Below, in pieces: positions 59,950 to 64,000 of a stretch of 64,000 nt of DNA (the stretch's first letter is position 1; each line of letters starts with the position of its first letter). Made by a program: the position numbers and the translations under genes. Under the pieces are notes generated by a model that did no database searches, was not told the DNA's origin, and saw only the letters and a list, made by a program, of their open reading frames with translations. Location of the stretch: NCBI GenBank assembly GCA_021613535.1, contig CP075494.1:14012001-14076000 (forward strand), written 5' to 3'. This DNA is from Adineta vaga (taxonomy: Eukaryota > Animalia > Rotifera).

Positions 59950-60542
59950 CAGTATTCTTGGATTTCACCTACATTTAGTTCGACTGAATGGAAAACATAC
60001 GAGCAGCGGATTTATCCATGTACCAGATGGTAACCAATATCGTGATCGCAGTGTTTTCTCCTATCATTATTATTGTAGTATTTTGTGATGATATCGAAGG
60101 ACCAGCACTCTTTGAATCGACAATGGTATGTAAAACTTGCATTTTAGATTGATGTAAGTCAATTAGATGGTTCATCATTTCTAACTGAATTTAGTGGATG
60201 TGACGAGTCGTCGACATGTGTTAAACAGCTAGAGTGGGTTATGGCAAATGCTGATGCATATTTTCAGTCATGGGCTTATTGGGACTATGTTTACACAGTC
60301 CTAATGATAGATTATTTGTATTTTTATATACTCTTAATTCATCGATCAAGAAATCAACAGAAATATATGTGCTATCATTAGTTTATCCAAAAACAAGTTA
60401 CAATATTACTGTTAATGAGTATGTTCAATGGAAAATTGATCCACTGAATGCGAATGTAATTTTGATTGAGCCAGTCGCAGAACTAGTGTATAATGGAGAG
60501 AAAAATCCTATGAGAATTATTAAAATTTTTTCTAAATCGTAG
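59950..60542 (+). pseudogene. Degraded GH5 endoglycoceramidase-like relic (C-terminal part only)
   Basis: Frame-broken segments GFIHVPDGNQYRDRSVFSYHYYC, CDDIEGPALF, GSSFLTEFSGCD..ADAYFQSWAYW, STEIYV..YP..YNITVNEYVQWKIDP; stops and frameshifts, no N-terminal half. Confidence 0.65.
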
Positions 60543-61450
60543 CAAGATAGTTTTCTTACATACAGTAGTTTGTCTTTTCTATTTTTTGTAATTCTAATGT
60601 CTAATGTTAAAAATAAAGATTCCTCATACAAATAATTAGAAGCTTCAAAACTTTACATCTGTTTTATTTCCTAGAACATAGCTTGTTTGTATTATATTCC
60701 TTCGGAAAAATCAGATTAAATTGATGATCACATCCATCATCATTTCAAATCGTTTCTATAAATAATTTAATCAAAAAACATTTTCTTGAGAGAAAATCGG
60801 TTTGAATATCCTATTTTCTTCTTTTTTTTTATCTTTCGATGTTTCATTTCTATTTCCATCCACTAAGCAAGTATGTTTCATTGCGGTACACAAAAATTAA
60901 TAAGAATTGTTCAGAAAGCTCGACCAAGTCTATCCTATTCTAATTTATCTGATAATACGAAGCGTGTGCTAAGATATATATTGTTCTATCAATTGTTAAA
61001 TGTATGATTGATAAGTTAATCGATAATTATATTTTTTTTCATCACGATTATGAACTTTTTTTGTGCAACGCTTATTGAATCTACTATCTCACAATTTATA
61101 ACTATATTGATACTTCTTGTTCATTTTATGTGCAGACAAACCACTTTTGACCGTCGTCAAGTATACATTCATAGCTTCTATAAAAATAATTCAATTAATA
61201 AAGATTCGAGTTCCTCGACCACAAAAATCCTATGATATCATCTGTTTCTCATTAAGACTATAACGTATTTCCAGTTATAAAAGTTTCCTGCAATCTGATT
61301 GTCATAGATAAACAAACAATTTTTAAAGAATTTTATCGAGCGTGTAACCCTTGTCTTTTTTTTTCGAGAAAAGAGAATTACCAATTCTAAAATAAAATGG
61401 AATCTAACATTGTACAAATAAGAAAAAAAGAAAATAGATAAAACAATTAT

Positions 61451-64000
61451 TCATTGTTCCTTAACGAATGGATGTTCGAGAAGTTCATGTGATGATGGTC
61501 GTAGATTTGGATCATGTCGAAAACATTGCTCAAGAAAATCGATACAATTATGTGATAAACTTAAATCAGTTGGAATTATTGGCTGAACACCGTTTGCAAC
61601 CCAATTAACAATTTTCCAATAATAAGCACTTGATGCTATAGATGGACTACTCCATGGTATTCGACCTCTCAACATATGAACAAGTGTACAACCTAAAGAC
61701 CAAATATCCGATTTTATTGTTGTTTCATTCTGTGTAATGGTTTCTGGTGCATAGAAGATGATTGATTCACGTATGTTTGCAATTGCTTCCAAATCCAATA
61801 ATGATGATTGTTTTTTCATAAATTTAAAATCATAAACAAAATTTACATCACCCAATTTAATCGATTGTTTTGTTGAATCTGTTAGAAAGATATTTACATT
61901 TCGTATATCACGATGAATAATTTCTTTTTCATGTAAACATGTTAAGGCTGATAACAATTGTCTTAGATAACGTTGAACAAGATATTCTTCAAAAAAAGCA
62001 AAACCTGCCGTGGTTTGTATAATGCCTTTGTCAACCGATGATGTATCATTCAATGAACAGACAAGTGATGATGATACACGACGTGTATCTGCATGCGTTG
62101 ACGATGATGATGGTGATGAACCAAGTAGAAGTTGAGCAATTGTACCATGACTACAGTATTCCATAAAGAATAATATATGATCATATTCAAGAGCAATGCC
62201 ACGATATTTAATTAAATTTTCATGTTTTATATGCATTAATGGTACTAATTGTTCAAGAACTTTAGCAATAGCAGCAGCATCATTATGTTGAATTTTGTAT
62301 TGTTTATAGCAGAGTACTTCATTCGATTCAACAGTACATTTATATGCTAAATAGAAAATTGAATGTATTGATTTGCTTGTTTTTTTAAATATTTCTATTA
62401 ACTTACTCGTTGCATATTGTCCTCGTGAAAGAAGATTTAGTTTATGAAAATTTCGTATTTTTAAATACGCTAAATCTTGTTCCATGCGTTTGGATATTGA
62501 TGGCATTTTAATTGAACGTTCATCACGTTGTGTAATTTTACCAATAAGACCATCTTTACAACGTTGTCGATCAATAAGTTTATCCATGCGTTCAAGTTGT
62601 TGAATTTTTGTGTAACGACTAACTTTTCGTTTGCGTTTGTCAGAATCTCGATCTACTGTTGTAGATGAATTTTGAAATGGTCTTGGAAATTTTTTCGGTC
62701 GAATATGTGGATTCGTTTGTTTTGATCCACTACTATTATTACTTGGATTATTCAAGTAATGAATGGTTTTTTGCATATTATCATAGAATTTCTCAAAAAC
62801 TTCATCATTTATATGTGTAGTAAATTGCATTAAACAAACATGTCGAAGAAAATGTATACCAGGCAATAACCACATGGGTAATGTTGCAGGATATTTTATT
62901 GCACTTGTAGTTACTTTTTTCTTTCGAACGAAATTCAACCAAGTATTACCAAATGAAAGTTGTCTTTCAGCTTGAATTTCTAATGTATTCGCGTCTAGTT
63001 GCGTTGTATAATAACTTGTTTCTCGTATGATATCCATTGCAAATGCAAATGCACGTTCTTCAGTATGCTAGACAAAAGAAGAGTAATATGAAAATATCTT
63101 CCTTCTAAATTACTTACAACATAAGCTCGTGTATCAATTTTCCCCAAACATTCTCTCTCATTATCATTTCCAGTTTGTTTATCAATTTTCTCAATAATAT
63201 TTTCAAATTGTTCAACATTATTTGCTACACAATTACTTAAACTCAATATTGCATGTGCTAAATCACTCATTGCACGATCGATTTTTTCAAAACATGATCG
63301 TTTTTGTAAGATTTGTTCTTTTTTCGTATCAAAATTGTATAAATCATCTTGTTGAACATTTGTTTTTGATAAACGTTCTCGAAATGATGTTTCAAATTTT
63401 TCCATATTACTCGTTTGTTGTGTCAATAAAAATATCGTCGTTGTTTTCCAATTTGTATGCAAAGGTAAAACAGGTGTTAACGTTTTTTGTGCTGGTATTG
63501 TATGTGTTACTCCACGCCATTCGGATTCAACTTCATTGGATATTGGAACACAAAGTACATAAACGAGAGGAGGTGTTGTTTCCATCGGAGGATTTGATGG
63601 TTGTTGAAGTGAAGTTGGCGATTGTTGTTGAGTTTGTGTTTGTTCATCAGTTGAATCTGCGGAGGATGTATTATTAGTATTGATACGAAATGATGATGAT
63701 AATGTTCGAGCTAATTGAAGTTTTGTTGCATTATCTTCAAAATATTCAGCAGGAGCAAATAGAAGACATTGAGATGCTGATGACGAATCTTTGTGATTTT
63801 TAATTTGTGTATGTTGATATTCAGTAGCTAAATAAAAGATACTTGTCGAGAGAAGAAGAAAAATTTTTTTCAACTCGTTACTTACCAAATTTAATTCTCT
63901 CAAAACCAGCACGTTTAAGTATGAGTAAAAATCTTCGACAAACAGATTTTTGTAAATAAATATTAATTGTTAATGCACAATCATCATAGATTGCTTTTGC
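61451..64000 (-). CDS. MAP3K4/MEKK4-like kinase (3' part; kinase motifs degenerate)
   Basis: Pre-kinase helices LSFGNTWLNFV..PMWLLPGIHFL resemble MEKK4; kinase domain HENLIKYRG..FMEYC, HRDIRNVNIFL, IKLGDVN, YAPE, SDIWSLGC, LLEHPF; in-frame intron 62347-62406. Confidence 0.75.

Overview
AT-rich, gene-dense eukaryotic (metazoan) genomic DNA with short GT-AG introns, mostly ~50-75 nt. The gene content, including a receiver-like/ADP-ribosyltransferase/42-aa-TPR gene and several bacteria-, plant- or fungus-type enzymes among ordinary animal genes, strongly suggests a bdelloid rotifer (inference). About 28 protein-coding genes can be read. Animal-type genes: SEPSECS, a chymotrypsin-type protease, LSM8, a small PACT-domain protein, a Tctex1-domain protein, RASEF, WBP2 (with an MMP nested antisense in an intron), DDX21/50, KCNQ, CDK2AP1, TRMT61A, MRI1, CD-MPR, prohormone-4-like, CCT2, KATNAL2, a claudin-like protein and a MAP3K4-like probable pseudokinase. 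Foreign-looking genes: LURP-one, a plant/bacterial-type DPP-IV, a RapZ C-terminal-domain protein and a YqjM-type old yellow enzyme. There is also a GH5 endoglycoceramidase relic. A central accessory island (~23.5-31.8 kb) holds a non-autonomous Mutator element (9-bp TSD, ~140-bp TIRs) with a nested non-autonomous Helitron, the intronless ART-TPR gene, and a TA-flanked TIR element with a repeated 15-mer. The most notable candidates are (i) an intron-containing, catalytically degenerate KRBA2/SCAND3-type integrase nested antisense in a KATNAL2 intron, apparently a domesticated transposase; (ii) the transposon-flanked ART-TPR gene with two interleaved repeat classes, a candidate immune sensor-effector; and (iii) a stand-alone RapZ-CTD gene in an animal. 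All family calls come from motif recognition by eye; no database searches were run.
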